Origin: Candidatus Saccharimonadota bacterium
GTDB lineage: Bacteria; Patescibacteriota; Patescibacteriia; 2-12-FULL-60-25
NCBI GenBank assembly: GCA_023898425.1
Contig: CP060222.1
Coordinates: 600,001-632,000 of the forward strand
Reading direction: 5' to 3'
Length of the DNA: 32,000 nt
A program made the translations under genes and the position numbers. The notes beneath the pieces are model-generated. The model ran no database searches, was not told where the DNA came from, and worked only from the letters and a program-made list of their open reading frames with translations. Below, one piece after another: positions 24,319-32,000 of this stretch (the first letter of the stretch is position 1; each line of letters begins with the position of its first letter).

Positions 24319-24984
24319 TCAGTCGTGACTGATTTTGCTACAAAAGCCTTTACACTCAAGGTCGTTAGAACAGCTTTGACCAGCGCCTGGCCCAACATAA
24401 CAGACCTTGTTACTTGCACGATCCGATGCTGTAAGCCCATTAGGGTCACATCGTCCATTAACGTCACAGTTATGACTACCTGTATTACAGTTTTTACCCT
24501 TAAATGGACCACTCAAACAGACTTTATCCGTAAGTGACACTTGAGCGCGGTGGAACTGATACACACGATAGACACGTGCAAACATATTGCTCAAGTACGC
24601 GTATTTATCTCGAGGAAACTGTGCATTTGAGTAATACGTTCTTAGACCAGACCGTAAGAAGGTTGGCGTTTTTAAGCCAGTAAAACCTGCCTCTTCGCCA
24701 CCATTTTGAAAGAGTGGCTCGATACCAGCAACGCCTGTATTGAGCGCGCTCGAGAATGGGGCATTCGTTTCTGAATAGGTAGCACCTGTAGCTGGATCAC
24801 GATAACCGGATTGTTTCCAAACACGATCTGTAAAGGCGGCATCAGAATTAGTATCTTTACTTTTTACTTCTGCTAACTCTCGGCAAATATCTGATGTGCC
24901 TACTTCTACATTCATATACATGTAGCGGTGATCGCCACCAGATTTACCGGCGCACGCAGAGGTCCAAAACCAACAAATGTCCAT
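24319..24984 (-). CDS. Giant Cys-rich surface protein, fragment 6 of 6 (C-terminal, frame-disrupted)
   Basis: Ends with the Cys knot-like GKNCNTGSHNCDVNGRCDPNG...CYVGPGAGQSCSNDLECKGFC, then TGA. It joins fragment 5 by a -1 shift, probably at a coding-strand T4 (24966-24969). Confidence 0.6.
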   Translation of the reverse strand: MDICWFWTSACAGKSGGDHRYMYMNVEVGTSDICRELAEVKSKDTNSDAAFTDRVWKQSGYRDPATGATYSETNAPFSSALNTGVAGIEPLFQNGGEEAGFTGLKTPTFLRSGLRTYYSNAQFPRDKYAYLSNMFARVYRVYQFHRAQVSLTDKVCLSGPFKGKNCNTGSHNCDVNGRCDPNGLTASDRASNKVCYVGPGAGQSCSNDLECKGFCSKISHD

Positions 24985-25277
24985 GTTCCATCAGGTTCAC
25001 CATTATTAATAATATTGCCTGTGACTGGATCTTTTGCTTGAGGTGATTGGAATACAGCACGAACCGTAAACCAAGGAGCTGAGCTATTTGTACAAGTATC
25101 ATCACTCGACAATGGATACTTGCGGATAAAGTCTAGTGATAGACCTTCGTTAAACGCATTAAACCCTGCTTTGCTATTATTTTGATAGTTTAGATCCCAT
25201 GATTTAAAGGCACATAAGCTATTTTCAAACTTTTCAATCGTTACTGGACCTATAGCATCTCTTTCATCACCACCCAC
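24912..25277 (-). CDS. Giant Cys-rich surface protein, fragment 5 of 6 (frame-disrupted)
   Basis: Nominal start is GTG. The frame is open upstream to the TAA at 25338-25340 (KLPTNLRENVYNYLYTTYDNV...). It is reached by a -1 shift at a coding-strand A5 (25335-25339) or A4 (25312-25315). Confidence 0.6.
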   Translation of the reverse strand: MGGDERDAIGPVTIEKFENSLCAFKSWDLNYQNNSKAGFNAFNEGLSLDFIRKYPLSSDDTCTNSSAPWFTVRAVFQSPQAKDPVTGNIINNGEPDGTWTFVGFGPLRAPVNLVAITATCI

Positions 25278-25915
25278 ATTATCATAAGTTGTATAAAGAT
25301 AATTGTAGACGTTTTCTCGTAAATTTGTTGGTAGTTTTTACCGCTAATTCTCTCTGGCTGTCTTTCTGCAAGACAATCTGAGAATTTCCATTGGTCTGTA
25401 ACAGAATCTCTTATCTCAACTTCATTTGCTCTCGTTAAGAAAGGATCAAAACGAGAATTCACATCGGTTCTCCATATGGATTCGCCAGCACTTAGAGAAG
25501 ACTGATCCTTATAATCAACTGATGGCACGTTATTGGCCCACTCGGCATTATAACCACAAGCCAAACGACCCACCTCACCGTTTACCGTAGGTTCAATCTT
25601 AAAGTACGAAATCGTATTATCTGTTATAGATGTCCTCATCGTATCAAGTGTTGGCGTATAACCAAGATCTCTCATTAATAGAGGTGTATGGATACGATAG
25701 AACGTTTCACGATAACCATCTCCCGCATCAACAAGACGCAATGATTCTGGTGATGTACCGCGTTCTTCTGGCACGGTGTAAGCGTCACTATAATCACATA
25801 ACTCATAGGATGGGTAGTCGAGCGTGCCATCAATAGAGATATATGGCGTTTTCTTTTTTTGCGACATTACGATAACCGCCTCTGCCTTTATCAACCCAGA
25901 TAGGGTCAAGATCAA
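25250..25915 (-). CDS. Giant Cys-rich surface protein, fragment 4 of 6 (frame-disrupted)
   Basis: Nominal start is TTG. The first roughly 17 residues are out-of-frame read of fragment 3. The plausible protein starts at ...KKKTPYISIDGTLDYPSYELC, after a +1 shift in a coding-strand A7 (25854-25860). Confidence 0.6.
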   Translation of the reverse strand: MILTLSGLIKAEAVIVMSQKKKTPYISIDGTLDYPSYELCDYSDAYTVPEERGTSPESLRLVDAGDGYRETFYRIHTPLLMRDLGYTPTLDTMRTSITDNTISYFKIEPTVNGEVGRLACGYNAEWANNVPSVDYKDQSSLSAGESIWRTDVNSRFDPFLTRANEVEIRDSVTDQWKFSDCLAERQPERISGKNYQQIYEKTSTIIFIQLMIMWVVMKEML

Positions 25916-26198
25916 TACGTTGCATCTTACCTACATAACTCGGCTTATCATCACCATCAAATTGATTCGCAAAGTGTACATCAGCTTCATTTTTATCACG
26001 ACTATCGTTACCACGACAATCACCAATATTTGCTTCGGTAAGCCCCACAGAAAATACACCAGTACCAGGAAAGAAGAAGTCCGTAATACCTGCCAACAAT
26101 CCTCCTGAGCATTCATTAGCAAACTTATCACGATAGGTCATCGGATCATTAGCTACAGCCCCATCGTTTTCATACCTTCTAAGGTGCTGAAAGGTCAA
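25830..26198 (-). CDS. Giant Cys-rich surface protein, fragment 3 of 6 (frame-disrupted)
   Basis: A nominal TTG start overlaps the TGA of fragment 2 (TTGA). The frame is open far upstream. It is reached by a -1 shift at a coding-strand A6 (26214-26219). Confidence 0.6.
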   Translation of the reverse strand: MTFQHLRRYENDGAVANDPMTYRDKFANECSGGLLAGITDFFFPGTGVFSVGLTEANIGDCRGNDSRDKNEADVHFANQFDGDDKPSYVGKMQRIDLDPIWVDKGRGGYRNVAKKENAIYLY

Positions 26199-27151
26199 AA
26201 TGGCTTTTGTTGGTTTTTTGCTGCAGAAGTACAGTAATATTGCCCAGAGTTTTGCGGAGGCACATATCCTGCCGTTGGCTGATAATGGAACGGATCCTTG
26301 TCACCAAAGAGAATTGGGTTTGGATTCCAGGTAAGACAAGGACGATTTGATTGATCTGTGCCAGCAAACTGCGTCGAATCACGTTCTAAACATTGACCAA
26401 AAACGCCCTTAATGATTTCGAGTTTTGAATAGGCAACGCATTGACTATTCGCTCCGCAGCTAAAGGCTGATTGCGCAGAAACAATACGGTTTGTAATATC
26501 TGACGCTCCCTCACCTTCGCTCACTGAGCCTTCGTTAAGACTGCTTGGGATACAAGCTTGTCCATCACGTTGACCTCCGCTACAAACGCCAGGAGGAACA
26601 TTTTGTGCACCAGGACCAAAGAAGCTTGATTTTGAACTATAGGTTACACGTTTATACGTACAACTACAGTCTTCACCGTATTCGCAAATATTGGCGTTTT
26701 CAAAACCAGACGCAATGAGCTTTGGCTGTGGTGGTTTATTCGAAAAATCCCACTCTTCTACATAGCTCGTGCCAAATGGCGAATCTGCTTCTGGATTAGA
26801 GCGACATTCAGCTGGAGGATAAGCGGTAGAAAGATTAGCATCTGACTTTGGATCATCTAATCTGAATTTATCAGCCACTTTTTCAAAGTTTGTAGAATCA
26901 TTTGTCGATTGAACAGGAAGATAGCAGTAGAACGTTGCGTTTATCTGACATTCACTCTTGTTATAAAAACCTGTAATCGTTCTACCTTCTTTTGTTGTGT
27001 ATCCACAAAGACTTAATAGCGGATTTGCAATCCCAATAGCGTCACCATCCAAAGGACGTGCAAATGAAATTGATGATGATGACGGCGCAACACAGCGGGT
27101 ACCTGCGGCATTTGGGCCGGTGCCTGCGACCATCTTCACCTTAGCTGCCAA
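26195..27151 (-). CDS. Giant Cys-rich surface protein, fragment 2 of 6 (frame-disrupted)
   Basis: Nominal start is TTG. The frame is open upstream to the TGA at 27203-27205 (TTAFYPDSANRFGLDYRL-AAKVKMVAGTG...). It is reached by a +1 shift somewhere in 27144-27202. Confidence 0.6.
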   Translation of the reverse strand: MAAKVKMVAGTGPNAAGTRCVAPSSSSISFARPLDGDAIGIANPLLSLCGYTTKEGRTITGFYNKSECQINATFYCYLPVQSTNDSTNFEKVADKFRLDDPKSDANLSTAYPPAECRSNPEADSPFGTSYVEEWDFSNKPPQPKLIASGFENANICEYGEDCSCTYKRVTYSSKSSFFGPGAQNVPPGVCSGGQRDGQACIPSSLNEGSVSEGEGASDITNRIVSAQSAFSCGANSQCVAYSKLEIIKGVFGQCLERDSTQFAGTDQSNRPCLTWNPNPILFGDKDPFHYQPTAGYVPPQNSGQYYCTSAAKNQQKPF

Positions 27152-30100
27152 ACGATAATCTAAACCAAAACGATTTGCTGAGTCTGGATAGAATGCGGTT
27201 GTTCAATCCGTCCTTACCTACTCGCAAGGTCTTCGTATCAGAAATCTGAAAGGCGTTAGGCAAGGCATAACCTGAATAATCTTTTGCACCGAGGCCGACT
27301 TCACGTGATGCGTATACGGCTGAATCAAAGAAGACGCCTTCGCTTAAGACCTGCTCTTTTGCTGTATCAGCTCGATCAACGTAATTTGCACAGAAGATAT
27401 CTCCTGGTTTACCGGTAGATTTATCACAAAGAGCAAGGTCAATACAGACATCCTTATACGAACGTGTTGCTTGATCAAAGACCGTTTCTGAACTACGGCA
27501 ACCAAGCCACTGCGCACAATCACGATCAAGATTTACCTTTACGACTAAGTTTGCATCATTTTTACCCTGATCAGCTGCTGGTAACTGCTGACAGAATTCA
27601 TTCGTGCTATTTGTTACACAATCGATAGGTGATGTTGGGTTATAACCACTTCTTTCGTAGGCGAGAGCCGTTGCTTTTGCATTATAACGAAGCGTATTGT
27701 CTGCAAGATCGCGCAATAAGACACAGCCATTTGCTGGGTCGATTTTGCCACCACAGGAAGACTTATCAATATTATCATCATTGATAAAGAAATAAGGCTT
27801 ACCAGCGGTGTGATCTGGATCAGTAAGGTCGTTTACATCACGGAACTCTGTACAGCTATTCTCTGATGCAGGGCACATTGCCGTCCAACCAGAATAGGCA
27901 GGATCCCCCGATTGAGCCATGCCAAAGACACTGCCATTTTCTAAAATCTCTGGGTAACAAGGCATGTTTGTATTTTGCACAAACCAACCACTGTAATTAC
28001 CTTCTGGCAACCCAGCTAACACCGAAGTTGCGGATGCATTAGGGAAGTCGCTTGAAGACAAACGGATCCCCTCTTTGTATTCACACGCTTTTTCTTGTGG
28101 AGCTCTGAAATATTCTTTGCCTGCCTGGTAGTTAAATTCTTCACAGAACTCTTCTGAAGGCTTACAGAGCGCCTCACCATATTTTGTAATATCGTCTTTG
28201 AGGTAGACCGTTGAAACGGTATCAACCGTATTACGATCCGGTGAGTATTTTGGCTTACCAAAAGCACGACACGAAGCGTTTTCTGGCTTACAAAGTTTGG
28301 TTGTATCGTAAACCAAGTACAACATGCGATCAGCAGGACGTACGGTGGTATTACTTGGGTATGTTGGCGCAGGTGTAACGCCGTTCTCGATCTGAACAGG
28401 TGTTTGATCTGCTTGAACAAACGTTTGTGAATAGGCTGAGTCGCTATTGCGTGTATCTACAAAGGCACGACAACCGATTGCCTCTTGCTTACATAAGCGC
28501 GTAAAGCGATGGGCATAAACCGTGTTATTAAAGGTGTCTTTATATTCACGACAACCCAACATCGCTTGTGGTTCTGGTGCACCTGCATAGGACGTATCAC
28601 ACTGAATTGGGGTATTCCATGATTGATTTACGGCATAGACCGTATCTTGCACGCGTTCAACACGAACTTCATCAATAAAGACAGAGCGTCCTGCAGCGAT
28701 CTGCGCGCTAAATTCTAACTGAGCAATTGTTGCATCTGGACCCTGGTAAAGACCTAGGCTATAGCGTTGCCAGTCAGACCCTACTGAAGTGGTACCGATC
28801 TCTTTTGTTGGGTTTGATCCTGCGAGTGCCGTTAACCGAAGTACAGACGGAACATCTCCAGGTGACTTAGCCCAGAAGCTCACGCGATAGTAAGCGTCTT
28901 TTTCGTTCGCATAATTTGCTACGGTTGTATTTGCACTTGCAGTAAGACGAAGGGACTTATCGCCTACGAGCACAGATTCATCAGAACTCTCACCAACAGA
29001 GAAGCTCCCGATACCTGTTTTAAAGGATTCTGTTAAGACTGTTTGTACGCTTCCTGCCGATACACCCTTAAAGGCGCGACAACCTGCAACCGTTGATTGA
29101 CAGCTGCGACTTTCGCCGAGATAAGCATTGTAAAGACACTCCCCTGTTTGAGGGTAAAAATCTCCACCTGTTTTACGACAGTCATCCGCTTGACCTGAGC
29201 GTGAGATACGCAAAGCTACACATTGATCCGTAGATAAAACCGTTTGAGAATAATAACGATAGAAGGTATTACCTGCTTGATCGTAGAATTGACGACAGTC
29301 TGGATCAACACCCGTTCTCCAAAGATCTTCGTTACATGATGTTGGTTCTTTTACCATGCCATCGGTACCGCGTTTCGCTAAAATATCAGGACCTACAGCA
29401 GTCTCGTTAGGCAAGATATCTGCACCTGCAATCAAACTAAAAGTACGAAGTTGGTAACCAGCTTCAGCAGAACCCTCCCATACATAGAAAGATTTTGTTC
29501 GAAGTGGGTCTGGTTTTTGACAAGCACGTAGATAGCTAAATGATTGAGCTGTTTCTCCGCCTTGTGCTGCTTGCTCAACATTTGTAAATGTCTCACAACC
29601 AACATCTTCTTGTTTACAGCTATTTGCTGTTGAAGGGATGAAATAACTTGGCGCGATGTCTGCTTCATCGCTAAAGTCAATATTCACATCTTTTACAAGA
29701 TCAAAAGCTGAAGCTTGTTTGCGGAATTCTGCATACCCAACACATTGTTGAGGACAAAGATCATTTTGCGAAAGAATCGCCGGGATCTTATCTGTACTAT
29801 TTGTTTCTGAATATTCTTGACAGCCCGCATCTACTTGCTTACAAACACGAGCAAATTTCTTACATTGCTCAGGATCAGAATCAAGCCCTTGGCAATTAAG
29901 CTCTTCTGGCGCGACCTTCATATGCGTAACCGGCAAAGATCTGTTTACTCCGTCAACAAAAGCCGTGGCATATTCGTTTTCTTCAAACTGTACGGCATCT
30001 ACAAGAGCATTTGAACCTGTGAGAGCAACTCTTGTCGCCGTAGCACCTGGTGGGATAACAAAGGAACATTCAAAACGTTGCCAATTTGTACCAAAGCTCT

Positions 30101-32000
30101 GTGTTGAGATTGCTGGCTCTCCTGTAGCAACACAGCCCGAAGAACGGTAAATAGCCGTTAAATCAGAAGCTGCAGCATTTGTACTCGCTTCCATTTGGAA
30201 GCTCGCTGCACCAGCGTCAAGAGCACGAACATTTGCAGAAATAGTAACGATATTACCAGGTAGCGTTGCGACCGTCTGCGAAAGCGGTTGACTGGTAGCC
30301 TCATAAGCACGCGTTCCAACGAGAGCGGAGTCACCGTCCGCGGCTACTGGTTCTGAGTATTCATATCCAGACTGCGCACTTGTCCAACCGTCGAGCGCCG
30401 TTGGACTGCTTTCAGATGATTCAAATGAAGCATTTTCTAAGTAATTCAATGCCGTACCACCCACCTCTGCTGCAAGCAATTTTGTACAACCGTCATCGTT
30501 TGCTGCACACGCGGTAAGCGCTTTGTCAGCGTAGAATTTTGGACCATTTTCGTTCCAGGTGCCATCTTGGTTGAGTTCGCTGAAGTACGCAGAACAACCG
30601 ACATTGTCGGCACTACAGACACTGCTTTCAATCGTGTTACGTAGATAAGAAACATTTTGGCCTGTACGCGTTGTGTAAGAACGGCAACTCGCATTACGTT
30701 CTAAACATTGTGTTGAGTTAAAGCGATACGTTGTTTTTTCTGCAACACAATATCCATAACCACCTACACATTGACCGTTTTCGTCACGCTGTAAACATGT
30801 TTGGATATCACGGCATTCTTCACGACGTTCAGGAGCGGTACGCGATGAGATAAGTGACTCACCAAAACCCGTTAGCTTACATTGTTGAGGAAAAGAGGTT
30901 AGCACCCAGTTTTTATCAATAAGTTTACACCAAGGAAATTGAGCATCTCTCTCGCCTTGAGCGTTACATTGCGAAAAACCATCAACCACTTCTTTTAACG
31001 TAACGCAACCCGCTGGATTCTGACAGCGAATGATGTTCTCTTGCGAATTTGCTGCAAATTCAAAACCAATCGGAATAATACGCATGGCACGTAATTTTGC
31101 GAGATTACCTGCACAATAGCCATAGGTATAACATTGTGAATCTTGATTACGTTTTGCATCCGTAACAGGGATGAGTTGCCAAGAACCCTTAAGGAGATCT
31201 TGTTCGAGTGCTTTTTCGATCGTTAAATTACCCTCACCATCTTGACCGGTTACCGTTTGTGCCAATGATTCATCCATCGCACAGTTCCAAATATTTCTAC
31301 CCGAATCAGGACATGAGTAAAGATCAGATAATACCTCTACATCACTTGTTCGTAATAAACTAAAATCACGCAACTCAATATTGGCTAAACGATTATCTGT
31401 GGCATTTTTTACAAAGGCTGCATCCGGTGATGAAACACCGCCTTTTTTCTTATTGTCTTTAAATGCATCAACAAGGCCTTTGATGAGGCCTTTTTGCATT
31501 ACTTTGTTTAGGACTTTTGAAGAGAGTGTATTCAAAAAGACAGAAGCCGTATAAATACCGAGCTGAGCGGCACCAGCTTTATAAGCATTTCCAATAATAC
31601 CCTGCTGTTTTGTTACCTCACCTGTTTTTGGATCTTTAACAACCGCTTGATCAAAAGTGCTTTGTATCACAGCTGCTGGCGTGCGCACATTACCACTCAC
31701 AATATCCTCAAGGTTTTGAAAAGCTCCAGTTTCTTTGCGGTTTTCACGCGCTGTGTCTACGTCTTGCTCAATTAATGTATAAGACCTGCCAAGAATACGT
31801 AAGCTCGCACCAAGATCACTACCGTTATAAGAGATACCTTCGGAGATATAGTCTAATACCTCGGTATTAGAAAGCGTTGTATAAAGATTGCGGTAATTAC
31901 TAATGACCTGTTTAAAGTCACAACGAGGTTGCGTATTAAAATTACCCTGTCCTAAGCCAGGAAACTGACCGCCAATCGTTAACTGCAACTGCAATAACTG
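27141..32000 (-). CDS. Giant Cys-rich surface protein, fragment 1 of 6 (N-terminus beyond the right edge; more than 1617 codons in one frame)
   Basis: The ORF is open to the window edge; the listed Met is a TTG artefact. It has at least 10 copies of a C-x6-C-x2-[FY] motif and two jelly-roll/CBM-like modules (about 29970-30450 and 28650-29040). The last roughly 15 residues (RILSRLSKSFWFRLSFGS) look out of frame. Confidence 0.8.
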   Translation of the reverse strand, partial: QLLQLQLTIGGQFPGLGQGNFNTQPRCDFKQVISNYRNLYTTLSNTEVLDYISEGISYNGSDLGASLRILGRSYTLIEQDVDTARENRKETGAFQNLEDIVSGNVRTPAAVIQSTFDQAVVKDPKTGEVTKQQGIIGNAYKAGAAQLGIYTASVFLNTLSSKVLNKVMQKGLIKGLVDAFKDNKKKGGVSSPDAAFVKNATDNRLANIELRDFSLLRTSDVEVLSDLYSCPDSGRNIWNCAMDESLAQTVTGQDGEGNLTIEKALEQDLLKGSWQLIPVTDAKRNQDSQCYTYGYCAGNLAKLRAMRIIPIGFEFAANSQENIIRCQNPAGCVTLKEVVDGFSQCNAQGERDAQFPWCKLIDKNWVLTSFPQQCKLTGFGESLISSRTAPERREECRDIQTCLQRDENGQCVGGYGYCVAEKTTYRFNSTQCLERNASCRSYTTRTGQNVSYLRNTIESSVCSADNVGCSAYFSELNQDGTWNENGPKFYADKALTACAANDDGCTKLLAAEVGGTALNYLENASFESSESSPTALDGWTSAQSGYEYSEPVAADGDSALVGTRAYEATSQPLSQTVATLPGNIVTISANVRALDAGAASFQMEASTNAAASDLTAIYRSSGCVATGEPAISTQSFGTNWQRFECSFVIPPGATATRVALTGSNALVDAVQFEENEYATAFVDGVNRSLPVTHMKVAPEELNCQGLDSDPEQCKKFARVCKQVDAGCQEYSETNSTDKIPAILSQNDLCPQQCVGYAEFRKQASAFDLVKDVNIDFSDEADIAPSYFIPSTANSCKQEDVGCETFTNVEQAAQGGETAQSFSYLRACQKPDPLRTKSFYVWEGSAEAGYQLRTFSLIAGADILPNETAVGPDILAKRGTDGMVKEPTSCNEDLWRTGVDPDCRQFYDQAGNTFYRYYSQTVLSTDQCVALRISRSGQADDCRKTGGDFYPQTGECLYNAYLGESRSCQSTVAGCRAFKGVSAGSVQTVLTESFKTGIGSFSVGESSDESVLVGDKSLRLTASANTTVANYANEKDAYYRVSFWAKSPGDVPSVLRLTALAGSNPTKEIGTTSVGSDWQRYSLGLYQGPDATIAQLEFSAQIAAGRSVFIDEVRVERVQDTVYAVNQSWNTPIQCDTSYAGAPEPQAMLGCREYKDTFNNTVYAHRFTRLCKQEAIGCRAFVDTRNSDSAYSQTFVQADQTPVQIENGVTPAPTYPSNTTVRPADRMLYLVYDTTKLCKPENASCRAFGKPKYSPDRNTVDTVSTVYLKDDITKYGEALCKPSEEFCEEFNYQAGKEYFRAPQEKACEYKEGIRLSSSDFPNASATSVLAGLPEGNYSGWFVQNTNMPCYPEILENGSVFGMAQSGDPAYSGWTAMCPASENSCTEFRDVNDLTDPDHTAGKPYFFINDDNIDKSSCGGKIDPANGCVLLRDLADNTLRYNAKATALAYERSGYNPTSPIDCVTNSTNEFCQQLPAADQGKNDANLVVKVNLDRDCAQWLGCRSSETVFDQATRSYKDVCIDLALCDKSTGKPGDIFCANYVDRADTAKEQVLSEGVFFDSAVYASREVGLGAKDYSGYALPNAFQISDTKTLRVGKDGLNNRILSRLSKSFWFRLSFGS

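Noticed and set aside
24267-24512. Frame-0 ORF that bridges the boundary between the two giant genes
   Set aside because: Using it would need two extra frame changes within about 60 nt, and its sequence (VTLMDDVTLMGLQHRIVQV...) is not like the flanking protein. It is mentioned only as a caveat in the boundary finding.
22269-27151. Reading the nine shorter minus-strand ORFs as independent small genes with TTG, GTG or ATG starts
   Set aside because: None has a ribosome-binding site. Each nominal N-terminus, and each preceding C-terminus, is junk-like, and the next frame is already open upstream of every stop. Spliced sequences read as one continuous Cys-rich protein.
1-32000. CRISPR arrays, IS elements, integrases, prophage or toxin-antitoxin pairs
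   Set aside because: I saw no spaced direct-repeat array, no transposase or integrase-like ORF, and no terminal inverted repeats flanking the GC-rich islet or other accessory genes.

Overview
The window looks like part of a small bacterial chromosome at roughly 43 % G+C. Gene content and the giant Cys-rich secreted proteins resemble CPR/Patescibacteria, but that placement is inference only.

**Layout**
- 1-14.2 kb: one long minus-strand housekeeping and envelope array. It runs mnmA (partial), rlmN, a PBP5-type DD-carboxypeptidase, an L,D-transpeptidase, uppP, a VirD4/TraG-like ATPase with a membrane partner, secF, secD, yidC and nusA.
- 14.2-22.2 kb: small units. These are a T-box-controlled ligase plus amidohydrolase pair, a Nudix gene, a GNAT gene, a methyltransferase / CYTH / GreA-like / Tmk-like operon, and a roughly 65 % G+C lipoprotein islet.
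- 22.3-32.0 kb: minus-strand coding sequence for giant Cys-rich proteins. It reads as ten consecutive ORFs, which I interpret as two genes broken by eight single-nucleotide frame changes, seven of them at identifiable short homopolymer runs and the eighth only bracketed.

**Most notable observations**
1. A well-formed T-box leader sits in front of a GCS2-type carboxylate-amine ligase and an AstE/AspA-type amidohydrolase, which is atypical cargo. The specifier is UGG by the helix-adjacent rule.
2. Frame breaks cluster in the giant-protein locus with no in-frame stops. One break lies on an in-frame A_AAA_AAC heptamer.
3. SecD carries a tandem parvulin (PPIase) insertion.
4. A soluble VirD4-like ATPase with a CxxC-x17-CxxC zinc ribbon is paired with a membrane protein inside the sec/envelope array.

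No rRNA, tRNA, CRISPR array, transposase or integrase was recognised. All family assignments come from reading motifs by eye; no searches were run.
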